A DNA stretch of 64,000 bases from Acidobacteriota bacterium (GTDB taxonomy: Bacteria > Acidobacteriota > UBA6911 > RPQK01 > JAJDTT01): contig CBDCJH010000002.1 of NCBI GenBank assembly GCA_965217775.1, forward strand, positions 576,001-640,000, given 5' to 3'. The notes beneath the pieces are model-generated. The model had not been told where the DNA came from. It did no database searches and saw only the letters and a list, made by a program, of their open reading frames with translations. This document shows positions 10,516 to 22,918 of this stretch, one piece after another; the stretch's first letter is position 1, and every line of letters starts with the position of its first letter. The position numbers and the translations under genes are program-made.

Positions 10516-11577
10516 ATGGATCTGGTAGGAGTCATCATGGCCGGAGGCGCCGGAACTCGTTTCTGGCCTCTCAGCACCGCTCAGCGGCCCAAGCAGTTCC
10601 TCCGGCTGGTGGACGAGGAGAGCCTGCTCCAGAAGAGTTTTCTCCGGTTGGAGGGGCTCATCGACCGGGAACGGATCCTGGTCCTCACCAACGAGGCGTT
10701 CGTTCCCCTGGTTCGAGAGCAACTTCCCCAGGTCCCGGCCCACAACGTCGTGGGAGAGCCGCTGCGCCGGGACACGGCCGCCGCCGTCTGCCTGGCGGCC
10801 ACCCTGGTGCGGAAGAGATTCGGAGACAGTGTCATCGCCACGGTGACCGCGGACCATCTGATCGAGCCGGTGGAGGAATTCCGAGAGACCCTGATCTCGG
10901 CCGCCCGGGCAGCGGTCGCTAGCGGGGCCCTCTACACCTTCGGCATCCGTCCCACTTCCCCCGCCACCGCCTACGGCTACCTGGAGCTGGGCGAGCCACT
11001 GGACCTGGACCCTGACGTCCAGCATTTCCGCATTGCCAGCTTCCGGGAAAAACCGGACCTGGAATTGGCCCGGGAGTACGTGGCCTCGGGAAACTATTTC
11101 TGGAATTCGGGGATGTTCGTCTGGTCCACTCAAGCCATCCTCCGCGAGTTGGAAGCGAACCTGCCGCTTCACGTCCGGCACCTCACGGCCGCCGTCGAGA
11201 GTTTCGGGACCGATGCCTGGCCCCAGGCATTGGTGGCCGGTCTCGATCCACTCGAGTCGATCTCCATCGACTTTGCGGTGATGGAGAAGGCCCGGGAGGT
11301 CCGTTGCGTGGCCTCGTCCTTCTCCTGGACCGATCTGGGAGGTTGGCTGGCCCTGTTGCCCTTCTTGGATGAGGACACGGATGGAAACGCCTGCCGGGGC
11401 CGGATCCGGACCCTGGACGCGCGGGGAAACCTGATCTATTGCGACGATCCGGCCGAGACGGTGGTCGTGGTGGGGGTCGAGGGGCTGGTGGCGGTTCGGT
11501 CCGGAGATCGGACCCTGATCGTCCCCAGAGATCGGCTGGAGGAGATCAAGTCGGTGGTGGCGAAGCTGCAAACCTAG
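10516..11577 (+). CDS. manC: Mannose-1-phosphate guanylyltransferase
   Basis: MAGGAGTRFWPLS...PKQF, EPLRRDTA, FREKP, WNSGMF, WTDLGGW; GGAGGAGG SD. Confidence 0.9.
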   Translation: MDLVGVIMAGGAGTRFWPLSTAQRPKQFLRLVDEESLLQKSFLRLEGLIDRERILVLTNEAFVPLVREQLPQVPAHNVVGEPLRRDTAAAVCLAATLVRKRFGDSVIATVTADHLIEPVEEFRETLISAARAAVASGALYTFGIRPTSPATAYGYLELGEPLDLDPDVQHFRIASFREKPDLELAREYVASGNYFWNSGMFVWSTQAILRELEANLPLHVRHLTAAVESFGTDAWPQALVAGLDPLESISIDFAVMEKAREVRCVASSFSWTDLGGWLALLPFLDEDTDGNACRGRIRTLDARGNLIYCDDPAETVVVVGVEGLVAVRSGDRTLIVPRDRLEEIKSVVAKLQT

Positions 11578-14500
11578 GTTTGCGCCGGCCGCGGACCCGG
11601 GGAGCGGCCCCGGCCGTCAGCCCCGGCGGCGGATTCGATCGATCTCCCACTGGGAGTCCGTCGCGAAAGTAGAGGAAGTCGCCGGCAGTGGGCCGCACGC
11701 GGTTCCCGGGCAGGATGATTCCGGCCAGGTTCAAGGGGTCCGCCGTGGACACGCGGATCACCTCGCCATCCGGCTCCAGGCGGCGGCAGGCTCTGAGGGC
11801 TTCCAGGGCTTCCGGCAGCGAGAACTGCTCGCCGTAGAATCCGGCGACGAATCGCCCTCCCCGGATCTCTCCTCTGGCTTCCAGCCGCCGGTACACTTGA
11901 AGCAGGTCTCTCCAGGATGGCGCCAACGATTCTCGCGCCAGGAGATCACGAAAGACGACTCCCCAGCGTTTGAGCAACTGACGAGCCATAGGCTCCAGGT
12001 CCCGGGTCGAGCCGGCAGATTCGATTTCCCGGTCCCGGCGGCCTCGCAACAGGGTCCAGCGGCCGGCGGCCGGTTTCACCCGGGGCTTCCGTTTTCGGTT
12101 CCGGGAGGGCCGGTGGGGACCCCGACGCCGCGACGGATCGATGAGGGCCCGCAGGTTGTCGAACCCGTCCGCCGTGACCAGCCCGCAGCGCACGAGTTCC
12201 CAGAGTCCCTCCTCCACTTCCACCGGGAGCCGGCCGGTGCCGCGCACCAGATCCTCCAGGAACGACGCTCCCCAACGCTCCAGGTCGGCCAGCACCTCCC
12301 TGGCCGGATGGGAGAGAGACGAGGCGTCGGCGCCTGTATCCCGGGATCGGAGAGAGAGGTAATGGGCCATCTCCTCCCGCCGGAAAAAAGAGATGGGAGT
12401 CAGCCGGCTCGGTTTCATCCGGACACCGGTTCGATCCGGCGTCTTCCGGGAGAATCCGTTGCTGATCCGTCCCCAGGTGAAGAGGCCGGAGAGGCAGGAT
12501 CGGTCCAGGAGCGAAGGCTCGTAGTCGTGAAGACGGACCTTGAGCAGGTGCATTTCCCAGGCTGCCGCCGGGGCCTCGTGCCCTTGAAGCTGTTCCAGGA
12601 TCAGGGACAGGCCGACCTCGCCGTGGAGGCGGCTGGCGGGGGAGAGATGTTGCCAGCGGAAGAGGAAGCGCATGAATTGTGCGGCGGAGACCGGGGCGAT
12701 CCGGCGCCGCAGACGGCCCAGGGTCATACGGTGGATGCGGGCCAGGAGTCCTCTCTCGCACCATTCGATCTCCTCGACGCCGGGCCGAAAACGTCCTCGG
12801 AGGGTATGGCCTTCCGCCTCCAGGGCGTGTAGAGCCGCCGTAGCGCCGGCTTCCGGGATCCGGAGCTGCCGGCAGAGCTCACGGCAGGTCAGGGGACCGG
12901 AGGCGTCGAGTCGGCTGCGGACCAACTCGGTCAGGGACTTCTGGTGATCCAGGTCCCGGTCGCGCTCCCAGACGAGTTCGTCCGCGTCGCACCCGCCCTC
13001 CGGCTCGAAGCGCACTCCCGGGTAGGCCGTTCGGATCAGCCTCGTCCGCTCGGCCGACGCGAAGTAACCGGACGCCCGGCCGGGTCCAGCGTCCTCGGAG
13101 GTCGCCGGCAGTCGAACCCGGCGTACCCGGTCCTCCGCCAGGAGCCGCCGCAAAAGGTCGGTGTGGGGCGCGACTTCCGATTCCTCCATCAGGCCCAGGG
13201 TCAGGAGGGCGTCGTGAAGCTCATCCGCGTCCCGTATCGCAGGCCAGGCTTGGGCGCAGACCTTCCGAATGGCGTCGGGATCCAGATCGCAAAGCTCCCG
13301 AGCCTCCTCCGGCAGGATGTTGCGCCGGGTCCGGACGGCGCGGGCCCGGCGTTCCTCCAGGGGCGCGTCGTCGAGAAAGGCATACGGATTGGCGTTGAGG
13401 ATCTCGTGGCTGAAGGGGGACGGTTCCCGCGTATCCACGGCCGTAGCGCGAATGTTTCCGGTCTCGATTCGCGCCAGAACTTCTTCCAGGCCCTCGATAT
13501 CCGTAGCCTCGGTGAGGCAATCGTGAAGGGTCTCCCGGACCAGGGGGTGATCGGGAATGGCGATGTCGCCCTGGATATTCTCCTGGCAGGCGGCCTGTTC
13601 CGGAAACACGGAAGCCAGCAGATCGTCGGATCGCATGCGCTGCAACGGCGGTGGGACCTTTCGGCCCCCGGCGAAGCGGGGGACCGCCAGCGCGCGGCAG
13701 GCGTTCCAGCGCCATCGGGTTCCGAACAAAGGCGTGTCCAGGAGGGCCTGAATCAGGATCTCCTTCACGGTGGCGGTGGCAAGAAAGGAGAAGATGGTCT
13801 CCAACGGGAAACTGTGCTGATCGCTCAGGGAGATGAGGATGCCGTTGTCGGTGGCGGCCGCCTGCAGCTCGAAGTTGAAGGATCGGCAGAAACGCTTGCG
13901 CAGCGCCAATCCCCAGGCCCGGTTGAGACGGGTGCCGAAGGGAGCGTGTACCACCAACTGCATCCCGCCCGATTCGTCGAAGAATCTCTCCGCCACCACG
14001 CAATCGAGCGTCGGCGGCATTTTCAGGGCCGCGGCGCCGGCCCGGACGTATTGGATCGCCTGGATAGCTCCGAACTGGTCGAGGCCGCAGTCCTTCCGGA
14101 GCCACTCCTCAGCCCGGGCCTCGCTGGTCCGGGCGATCTCCTCCCGGAGGCGGGAGAGGGACTCGGACAGCTCCCAGGTCCGGCCGGGAGCCTCTCCCCG
14201 CCAGAAGGGGACCGTGGGCGGGGCGCCCTGGGCGTTCCGGACCCGAACGGTTCCCGATTCCACTCGCTGGATCCTCCAGGAGGTGCTGCCCAGGAGGAAG
14301 ATGTCCCCTCGGCTGCTCTCGACGGCGAAGTCCTCGTCCAGGGTTCCCACCACCGTATCTTCGGGCTCTTCCTTGACCAGGAAGTCGGCCCTGTCGGGAA
14401 TGGCTCCGCCGGAGGTCATGGCCACCAGGCCGGCCCCTCTCCGCGGCCGGATCCTTCCCCGGATCCGGTCCCAGTGGAGGTGGGCTCCCCGGCGCCCCCG

Positions 14501-15868
14501 GCGGGTGGAGATGCCTTCGGAGAGCATGCCCAGAATCCGGTCGAAGTCCTGCCGGCTCAGGTCCCGGTAGGAGGCGGCTCGGCGAAACGTGGAGAACATT
14601 TCGTCGTCACTCCACTCGCGGGAAGCGGCGGCGGCCACCATCTGCTGCGCCAGGATGTCCAGCGGGCACCGGGGCATGATGATGCGGTCCAGGGTTCCGT
14701 TGTGAATGGATCGGACCAGGGCGGCGCACTCCAGCAGTTCGTCCCGGGTCGTGGGGAAGATTCGACCCTTGGGAATGGCGCCCTTCCAGTGTCCCGATCG
14801 GCCCACTCTCTGGAGCAGGAGGGAGATGTTGCGCGTCGAGCCGATCTGGCAGACCAGATCCACCCAGCCCACGTCGATTCCCAACTCCAGCGAGGCGGTG
14901 GCCACGACTCCTTTGAGCTCGCCCCGTTTCAACCGCGACTCCACGTCCAGGCGGATCTCGCGGGACAGGCTCCCATGGTGGGCCTGAACGGCCGCTTCGC
15001 CGAGCCGCTGGGCCAGTTGATGGGCCAGGCGTTCGGCCAGTCGCCGAGTATTGACGAAGACCAGGGTGGAGCGGTGCTCCTCGATGAGCTCGGTGATGCG
15101 ATTGTAGACATCGTCCCAGGTCTCGTGGGAGATGACCGCCCCCCGCTCGGCACCGGGAACCTCGATGGCCAGATCCATCTTCCGGCGGTGACCCACGTCG
15201 ATGATCCGGGCCCGGCGATCGGGTCCGGTGAGAAATCCGCACACCTCCCGGATCGGTTTCTGGGTCGCCGAGAGGCCGATTCTCTGAAACGCGCTTCCGG
15301 TGAGGTCCTCCAGACGCTCCAGCGAGAGACTCAGGTGAGCGCCCCTCTTGTCCCGGGCCAGGGCGTGAATCTCGTCGACGATCACGGTTCGGGTCTCCTT
15401 CAGCATGGTTCTTCCGCCACGGGAAGTGAGCAGGATGAAGAGGGACTCGGGAGTCGTGACCAGGATGTGCGGAGGGGTTCGCTTCATTCGGGCGCGTTCC
15501 CGGGCCAGGGTGTCTCCGGTCCGGACCAGCGCCAGTATGGGGGAGAGCTCCAGGCCCCGGGAATTCCCCAATTGCTGAATCTGCTCCAAGGGCTCCAGCA
15601 GGTTCATACGGATGTCGTTGGCCAGGGCCTTCAGCGGCGAGATATACACGATCTGGGTGCTCTGGGAGAGTTCCTGGCGGGTACTCTGTCCGATGAGCCG
15701 GTCGATGGCGCAAAGAAAGGCGGCCAACGTCTTCCCGGAGCCGGTGGGGGCGGAGATGAGGACATTCTCGCCCCTCTGAATGGCCGGCCACCCGAGACTC
15801 TGAGGCTCGGTCGGCTCGCCGAACCGGTCTCGGAACCACTCCTGCACCACCGGTTGAAACTGGACCAT
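11546..15868 (-). CDS. lhr: Lhr-family ATP-dependent DEAD/H helicase (long form)
   Basis: APTGSGKT, SPLKALANDI, DEIH, SAT, HHGSLS, ATASLELGIDVG, QRVGRSGH, C-terminal RGEIRGGRFV. Confidence 0.92.
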   Translation of the reverse strand: MVQFQPVVQEWFRDRFGEPTEPQSLGWPAIQRGENVLISAPTGSGKTLAAFLCAIDRLIGQSTRQELSQSTQIVYISPLKALANDIRMNLLEPLEQIQQLGNSRGLELSPILALVRTGDTLARERARMKRTPPHILVTTPESLFILLTSRGGRTMLKETRTVIVDEIHALARDKRGAHLSLSLERLEDLTGSAFQRIGLSATQKPIREVCGFLTGPDRRARIIDVGHRRKMDLAIEVPGAERGAVISHETWDDVYNRITELIEEHRSTLVFVNTRRLAERLAHQLAQRLGEAAVQAHHGSLSREIRLDVESRLKRGELKGVVATASLELGIDVGWVDLVCQIGSTRNISLLLQRVGRSGHWKGAIPKGRIFPTTRDELLECAALVRSIHNGTLDRIIMPRCPLDILAQQMVAAAASREWSDDEMFSTFRRAASYRDLSRQDFDRILGMLSEGISTRRGRRGAHLHWDRIRGRIRPRRGAGLVAMTSGGAIPDRADFLVKEEPEDTVVGTLDEDFAVESSRGDIFLLGSTSWRIQRVESGTVRVRNAQGAPPTVPFWRGEAPGRTWELSESLSRLREEIARTSEARAEEWLRKDCGLDQFGAIQAIQYVRAGAAALKMPPTLDCVVAERFFDESGGMQLVVHAPFGTRLNRAWGLALRKRFCRSFNFELQAAATDNGILISLSDQHSFPLETIFSFLATATVKEILIQALLDTPLFGTRWRWNACRALAVPRFAGGRKVPPPLQRMRSDDLLASVFPEQAACQENIQGDIAIPDHPLVRETLHDCLTEATDIEGLEEVLARIETGNIRATAVDTREPSPFSHEILNANPYAFLDDAPLEERRARAVRTRRNILPEEARELCDLDPDAIRKVCAQAWPAIRDADELHDALLTLGLMEESEVAPHTDLLRRLLAEDRVRRVRLPATSEDAGPGRASGYFASAERTRLIRTAYPGVRFEPEGGCDADELVWERDRDLDHQKSLTELVRSRLDASGPLTCRELCRQLRIPEAGATAALHALEAEGHTLRGRFRPGVEEIEWCERGLLARIHRMTLGRLRRRIAPVSAAQFMRFLFRWQHLSPASRLHGEVGLSLILEQLQGHEAPAAAWEMHLLKVRLHDYEPSLLDRSCLSGLFTWGRISNGFSRKTPDRTGVRMKPSRLTPISFFRREEMAHYLSLRSRDTGADASSLSHPAREVLADLERWGASFLEDLVRGTGRLPVEVEEGLWELVRCGLVTADGFDNLRALIDPSRRRGPHRPSRNRKRKPRVKPAAGRWTLLRGRRDREIESAGSTRDLEPMARQLLKRWGVVFRDLLARESLAPSWRDLLQVYRRLEARGEIRGGRFVAGFYGEQFSLPEALEALRACRRLEPDGEVIRVSTADPLNLAGIILPGNRVRPTAGDFLYFRDGLPVGDRSNPPPGLTAGAAPRVRGRRKPRFAASPPPT

Positions 15869-16153
15869 TGATCCTTCCCTGAGCGTCGGCTCCCGCTTCG
15901 ACCAATTCTAGGGATTGGGGGTGAAAGTCGCCATGAAGTCTGCCGGGAACCGCTTAATGCGGTCCATTCCGGCACTGCACGGGAAGGACACCCGGGTCAT
16001 CCGAGGCCCCGTCCATTTGCGGCTCGACTTGAAGCCGGTAAGAGGGTGTGGAACTCTTGGTTTTGGCCTGATTGGGGCATCGAAACTTGATCCTGGACCA
16101 GGAGGAACCCGGGTCCGAAAGAACGATGCCCGTTTGCCCGGGGGTCCGGTCCG

Positions 16154-18447
<2,294 letters not shown>

Positions 18448-18494
18448 CCGACTTTGCCGGGCGACTCGGATCGGCTCTGTCAAGGTGAGTCCAA

Positions 18495-19688
18495 GTGTAT
18501 CCGCAGAAGCGATCGATTCGAGACCTGGAGTTGGCGGGAAGAGCGCTCTTCCTCCGAGTCGATTACAACGTGCCCATCCGTTCCGGAAGGGTTGCGGACG
18601 ACACCCGGATCCGGGCCTCGATCCCGACCCTCAGGGTCGCCGTCGAAAAGGGCGCGAGAGTGGTGTTGGCGTCCCACCTGGGCCGACCCAAGGGTGTGGG
18701 TGACCCGTCTCTGTCGCTGGAGCCGGTGTCCGGCTGTCTCTCGTCGCTGTTGGGAAGCCCGGTTCGATTCGTCGGAGATTGCCTGGGGCCGCCGGTCCGG
18801 CGGGCCGTGGACTCTCTCGGACCGGGAGAAATCCTGCTGCTGGAAAACCTGAGGTTCCATTCCGGGGAGGTAGAGAACGATCTTGATTTCGCCGGCCAAC
18901 TTGCGGCTCCCGCCGAGGAGTACGTCAACGACGCGTTCGGCACGGCCCATAGAACCCACGCCTCCACCGTCGGGGTTCCCACCGTCCTGGGACACGGAGC
19001 CGCCGGACTCCTGATGGAAAAGGAACTCGATCAGCTTGACCGGGTCCTCTCCGACCCCCGTCCTCCGGTGGTGGCCATATTGGGCGGCGCCAAGGTGTCG
19101 GGCAAGATCGGCGTGATCGAGAACTTCCTGTCCTTGGCCGACACCATCTTGATGGGAGGGGGCATGGCCTTTACCTTTCTCAAGGCTCTCGGAATCGATG
19201 TGGGACGCTCGCTGATGGAGGAATCCTGTCTGGAGACGGCCCGAAAGGCACTCCGGGACGCCGCCGCGTGCGGGACTCGCCTGGTGCTTCCCGAGGACGT
19301 CGTGGTTGCCCGCAAGTGCGCTCCGGGAGAGGAGACTTGGACGGTCCCGGTGGAGTCCATGCCAACCGACCGGATGGGGTTGGATATCGGACCCGGAACG
19401 CGCCGGCGTTTCCGGGAGGAGATCGAAAAGGCCGAGACCGTGATCTGGAATGGTCCACTGGGAGTGTTCGAAATCGAGGAGTTCGCGGCCGGCACCCTGG
19501 AGGTGGCCCGGTCGGTGGGGGCTTCCCGAGCCTTTTCGGTGGTCGGAGGCGGGGACTCGGCGGCCGCTGTCGGCCGGGCCCGGGTCAGGGATTCCATCGA
19601 TCACGTGTCCACCGGTGGAGGAGCGTCCCTGGACTATCTGGCCGGGAAGACCCTTCCCGGGGTTGCGGTCTTGAGCGAGAGCAATTGA
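18495..19688 (+). CDS. pgk: Phosphoglycerate kinase
   Basis: LRVDYNVP, SHLGRP, LLENLRF, NDAFGTAHR, GGAKVSGK, STGGGASL. Confidence 0.97.
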   Translation: MYPQKRSIRDLELAGRALFLRVDYNVPIRSGRVADDTRIRASIPTLRVAVEKGARVVLASHLGRPKGVGDPSLSLEPVSGCLSSLLGSPVRFVGDCLGPPVRRAVDSLGPGEILLLENLRFHSGEVENDLDFAGQLAAPAEEYVNDAFGTAHRTHASTVGVPTVLGHGAAGLLMEKELDQLDRVLSDPRPPVVAILGGAKVSGKIGVIENFLSLADTILMGGGMAFTFLKALGIDVGRSLMEESCLETARKALRDAAACGTRLVLPEDVVVARKCAPGEETWTVPVESMPTDRMGLDIGPGTRRRFREEIEKAETVIWNGPLGVFEIEEFAAGTLEVARSVGASRAFSVVGGGDSAAAVGRARVRDSIDHVSTGGGASLDYLAGKTLPGVAVLSESN

Positions 19689-19722
19689 AGTCTGCGGAAC
19701 GCGCATTCAGTGGAGGGATAAG

Positions 19723-20493
19723 TTGAACCATCACAGAAAACCTATCATTGCGGCGAACTGGAAGATGTTCAAAACCGTCCCCGAGGCGAGGGAAACGGCG
19801 GTGCAACTGAAAGTGCTCTTGGACGGCGGTCCTGCGCTGCACTCTCGCGAGGTGGTCGTCTGCCCACCGTTTACCGCGTTGGCGGCCGTCAATGAGGCTC
19901 TCTCCTGTTCCGGCATCCAATTGGGAGGACAGAACCTCCACTGGGAGGACGAAGGCGCCTTCACCGGAGAGATCTCGGCCGGGATGCTCCTGGATTGCGG
20001 TTGCAGGTATGTCCTGTTGGGACACTCGGAACGGCGCCAATTTTTCTTGGAGACGGATGAGGCCGTCTCCCGCAAGCTCAGGACCGTGCTCGCCACGCCT
20101 CTGATCCCGGTTCTGTGCGTGGGGGAGTCTCTGGCCCAGCGGGAGGCCGGCCGGGTGGAAGCAGTGATTGAGTCGCAGTTGGCGGGAGCGCTGGCGGGGG
20201 TGGAGGCCTCCCGGCTGGGTCGCTTGGTGGTGGCCTACGAGCCGGTCTGGGCCATCGGCACCGGAAAGACGGCGACTCCGGCCATCGCCGATCAGGTGCA
20301 CGGCATGATCCGTGAGTGGTTGGCCCGGCACTGTTCGGCGGACATGGCGGCAGCGGTGAGGATTCTCTACGGCGGGAGTGTCAAGCCCGCCAACGCGGGA
20401 GAACTCATGGCCCGGGAAAACATCGACGGCGCCCTGGTGGGCGGAGCCAGTCTTGATGCCGGCTCGTTCGCGCGGATTGTCGAGTTCAAATGA
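19723..20493 (+). CDS. tpiA: Triosephosphate isomerase
   Basis: AANWKM, GHSERR, AYEPVWAIGTG, YGGSVK, LVGGASL. Confidence 0.97.
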   Translation: MNHHRKPIIAANWKMFKTVPEARETAVQLKVLLDGGPALHSREVVVCPPFTALAAVNEALSCSGIQLGGQNLHWEDEGAFTGEISAGMLLDCGCRYVLLGHSERRQFFLETDEAVSRKLRTVLATPLIPVLCVGESLAQREAGRVEAVIESQLAGALAGVEASRLGRLVVAYEPVWAIGTGKTATPAIADQVHGMIREWLARHCSADMAAAVRILYGGSVKPANAGELMARENIDGALVGGASLDAGSFARIVEFK

Positions 20494-20609
20494 GTATAAT
20501 GGGGCCGCGGCCCGTTTTTCGGAGACCGGAGACGACAGGGGTTCGCTGAATTCGGACTTGGCCGGCCAGCTTGGCTGGTGGCGGCCTGCGGAGGCATCGA
20601 TAGATCAAA

Positions 20610-20927
20610 ATGACCCTTATAACGGTATTTCATGTGCTTGCCTGCATCATTTTGATTCTGGTCGTGCTCCTGCAGTCGGGCAAGGCTGGAGACTTGGCTT
20701 CCGCCTTCGGCGGGACGACCAGCCAGACGGCGTTCGGCGCCCGGTCGGCGGCGACGCTTCTCACCAAGGGGACCGCCGTGTTTGCCGTGATCTTCATGGT
20801 GACCTCTTTGGGATTGGCGATCCTCTTCACGCAGGGGACGGAGTCCACGGTGATGGAGGACGTACCGGTGGCGGGAGAGGCTCCGGAAACCCCGCCGGCC
20901 GAGGCGGTGCCGGAGGACCAGCAGTAG
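20610..20927 (+). CDS. secG: Preprotein translocase subunit SecG
   Basis: VLLQSGKAGDLASAFGG...FG...LTKGT; two hydrophobic segments; typical tpiA-secG-tRNA-Leu order. Confidence 0.93.
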   Translation: MTLITVFHVLACIILILVVLLQSGKAGDLASAFGGTTSQTAFGARSAATLLTKGTAVFAVIFMVTSLGLAILFTQGTESTVMEDVPVAGEAPETPPAEAVPEDQQ

Positions 20928-20933
20928 GTTCGT

Positions 20934-21021
20934 GCCGGAGTGGTGGAACTTGGCAGACACACCATCTTGAGGGGGTGGCGCCCGACAGGGTGTGCGGGTT
21001 CGAATCCCGCCTCCGGCACCA
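20934..21021 (+). tRNA. tRNA-Leu (GAG)
   Basis: GCCGGAG/CTCCGGC acceptor stem, anticodon arm CCATC-TTGAGGG-GGTGG, long variable arm, GGTTCGAATCC T-loop, encoded CCA. Confidence 0.96.
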
Positions 21022-21039
21022 GTTCCACATGAGGTCGCC

Positions 21040-21333
21040 ATGCCGCTGGTCACAGTGAAGCCGAAGTTCCAGGTCACTATTCCCGCCAAGTTGCGTAGAG
21101 GCATCAATCTGCGTGAAGGCGACATCATGGACGTCACCGTAGTCGGAGATGGCATCCTCCTTCGGCCCATGGGCGTTGTGGACCGAAATTCCGCCGCCGA
21201 CCGTATCGCCGCCAAATTCGCGGCGACGGAGATTTCGTCGGAAGACGCTGGCCGCTCCGAGGACGAGATCATGGAAGACACCATCGCCGACATCGCCGCG
21301 TCCCGCCGAGAGTGCCGCAACCGCGAGGAATGA
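21040..21333 (+). CDS. AbrB/MazE/SpoVT-family DNA-binding antitoxin
   Basis: VTVKPKFQVTIPAKLRRGINLREGD; GAGG SD. Confidence 0.85.
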   Translation: MPLVTVKPKFQVTIPAKLRRGINLREGDIMDVTVVGDGILLRPMGVVDRNSAADRIAAKFAATEISSEDAGRSEDEIMEDTIADIAASRRECRNREE

Positions 21334-21435
21334 AGGTTGTCATCGACTGCAACGTTCTGGTTGCGGCCGCTCGAACTGACGGCGTGTGCCGCAAGGTGAT
21401 CGACGTTGTAGTGCGTCGGCACGAGATTGTCCCTG
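21330..21435 (+). pseudogene. 5' fragment of a PIN-domain (VapC-like) toxin
   Basis: MKVVIDCNVLVAA resembles the PIN N-terminal DxN motif; ATGA overlap with the antitoxin; similarity ends after ~34 codons where the M48 frame begins. Confidence 0.7.
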
Positions 21436-22116
21436 CACCTGTCCTACATAATCAAACGCTCACCGAAACGTCGGAAGCTGACAATTACGGTCGAGCGGGA
21501 TCGCAGTGTTGTCGTGCATGCACCCGCATCTACTCCCGAAGAAATGATCCGGGAAATTGTCGAGTCAAAACGTCGGTGGATTTATGAGAAAAGGGCCCAT
21601 GCCCAGAAATATGAGAAGCAACCTCATCCGCCCGGCAAGGAGTTGGTGAACGGGGAATCCACGCTCTATCTCGGCCGCGAGTACCAAATCGAGATCATCC
21701 CGACCGACTCGACGGAAATACGCTTCGAACGGCGTTTCCTCATCCCGGCGTCCCTGACGGGCGGGCGTAGGCGGATCCTTCGCAACTGGTACATCGAGCG
21801 AGCGAAAGAGAGGATTCTTCCGAAGGTGGAATCCATTGCGGCGACTCTCGGGGTGGATTTTGCCGGTGCGAGGATCGTGGACAATCGTTTCCGCTGAGGG
21901 TCCTGCACTGTAAAGGACAACGTGAACCTGAATTGGCGATTGATCAAGGCGCCCATGTTCGTGATCGATTACGTCATCGTGCACGAACTTGCTCATTTGA
22001 TTGAGGCCAATCATACGCCCCGATTCTGGAATATTGTCAGGACCCATGCTCCTACAATGGAAAAAGCGCGGCGCTGGCTCAGGGACCACGGCCAAATTCT
22101 CGAACAGGACATCTGA
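21427..22116 (+). pseudogene. M48-family metallopeptidase (YgjP/DUF45) with an internal nonsense codon
   Basis: RSPKRRKLTITVERD, GESTLYLGR, RFR*GSCT (TGA at 21895-21897 in place of the Trp of RWGSC), then in frame LNWRLI...DYVIVHELAH...H..RFW. Confidence 0.85.
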
Positions 22117-22120
22117 GAAA

Positions 22121-22372
22121 ATGACAATGCGCAAAATCGCAATCAGTGTTCCGGAGAGTGTGCTTCTAGCCGAGAAGACTGACGAGCGCGCTTTTGCTCG
22201 TGAACTCGGTATGCTGGCCGCGGTCAAGCTCTCCGAGCTCGGCCGTCTTTCGTCCGGGCGAGCTGCGGAACTTGCCGGGATGGCGCGGGTGGAGTTCCTG
22301 CTGACGCTCGATCGCTACAAGGTCTTCCCGCTCGAGGCGGAGCTGAACGACCTGGAACGCGATCATGTCTGA
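22121..22372 (+). CDS. UPF0175-family HTH protein (putative antitoxin)
   Basis: LAAVKLSELGRLSSGRAAELAGMARVEFL pattern. Confidence 0.8.
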   Translation: MTMRKIAISVPESVLLAEKTDERAFARELGMLAAVKLSELGRLSSGRAAELAGMARVEFLLTLDRYKVFPLEAELNDLERDHV

Positions 22373-22460
22373 GTGCATCAGCAACACGTCACCGCTGAAG
22401 AGATCATTGGCAATGATCCGGGCAGCAGCCGTCCGTATTGAATCCAGAGGCGCGCCATGA
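22365..22460 (+). pseudogene. Remnant of a DUF3368-type PIN toxin
   Basis: Coupled 31-codon ORF starting MSECISNTSPL, like the DUF3368 N-terminal SNTSPL; this family is the usual partner of UPF0175. Confidence 0.55.
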
Positions 22461-22897
22461 AAACTGTCCGCCAGTTGCTCCACTCCAAAGGATACGATGT
22501 CTGGTCCGTTAGCCCCGGCACCTCCGTTTTGGATGCCCTCAAACTCATGGCCGAAAAGAACATCGGAGCTCTTCTGGTGCTGGAGTCCGGGCGGCTGGTG
22601 GGGATCTTCTCGGAGCGGGACTATGCCAGGAAGGTGATCCTCAAGGGCAAGGCCTCCCACAGCACTCAAGTCCGGGAGATCATGATCCGCAAGGTGATCT
22701 ACGTCCGGCCCGAACAGGGCATGGAGGAGTGTATGGGGCTCATGACCCAGAAGCGAATCCGGCATCTTCCGGTGATGGAGGGGGGGGAACTGGTGGGGAT
22801 GATCTCCATCGGAGACGTCGTCAAGTCCATCATCTCCGAGCAGGAGTTCACCATCAGGCAACTGGAGCAATACATCTCCGGCGGTCCAACCGACTGA
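22457..22897 (+). CDS. CBS domain-containing protein
   Basis: NIGALLV...LVGIFSERDYARKV, RIRHLPV...GMISIGDVVK. Confidence 0.93.
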   Translation: MKTVRQLLHSKGYDVWSVSPGTSVLDALKLMAEKNIGALLVLESGRLVGIFSERDYARKVILKGKASHSTQVREIMIRKVIYVRPEQGMEECMGLMTQKRIRHLPVMEGGELVGMISIGDVVKSIISEQEFTIRQLEQYISGGPTD

Positions 22898-22918
22898 CGC
22901 GGGCCAGGAGTCATCCCC

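Noticed and set aside
11546-15868. Lhr helicase as part of a defence system
   Set aside because: It is a stand-alone long Lhr in a housekeeping context, with no partner genes.
20495-20500. Perfect TATAAT upstream of secG
   Set aside because: No properly spaced -35 or TGn extension; plausible but not supportable as a feature.
21895-21897. TGA recoding (Trp or Sec) in the M48 peptidase
   Set aside because: TGA is the normal stop for many genes in this window, and the residue replaced is Trp, not Cys; a nonsense mutation is simpler.
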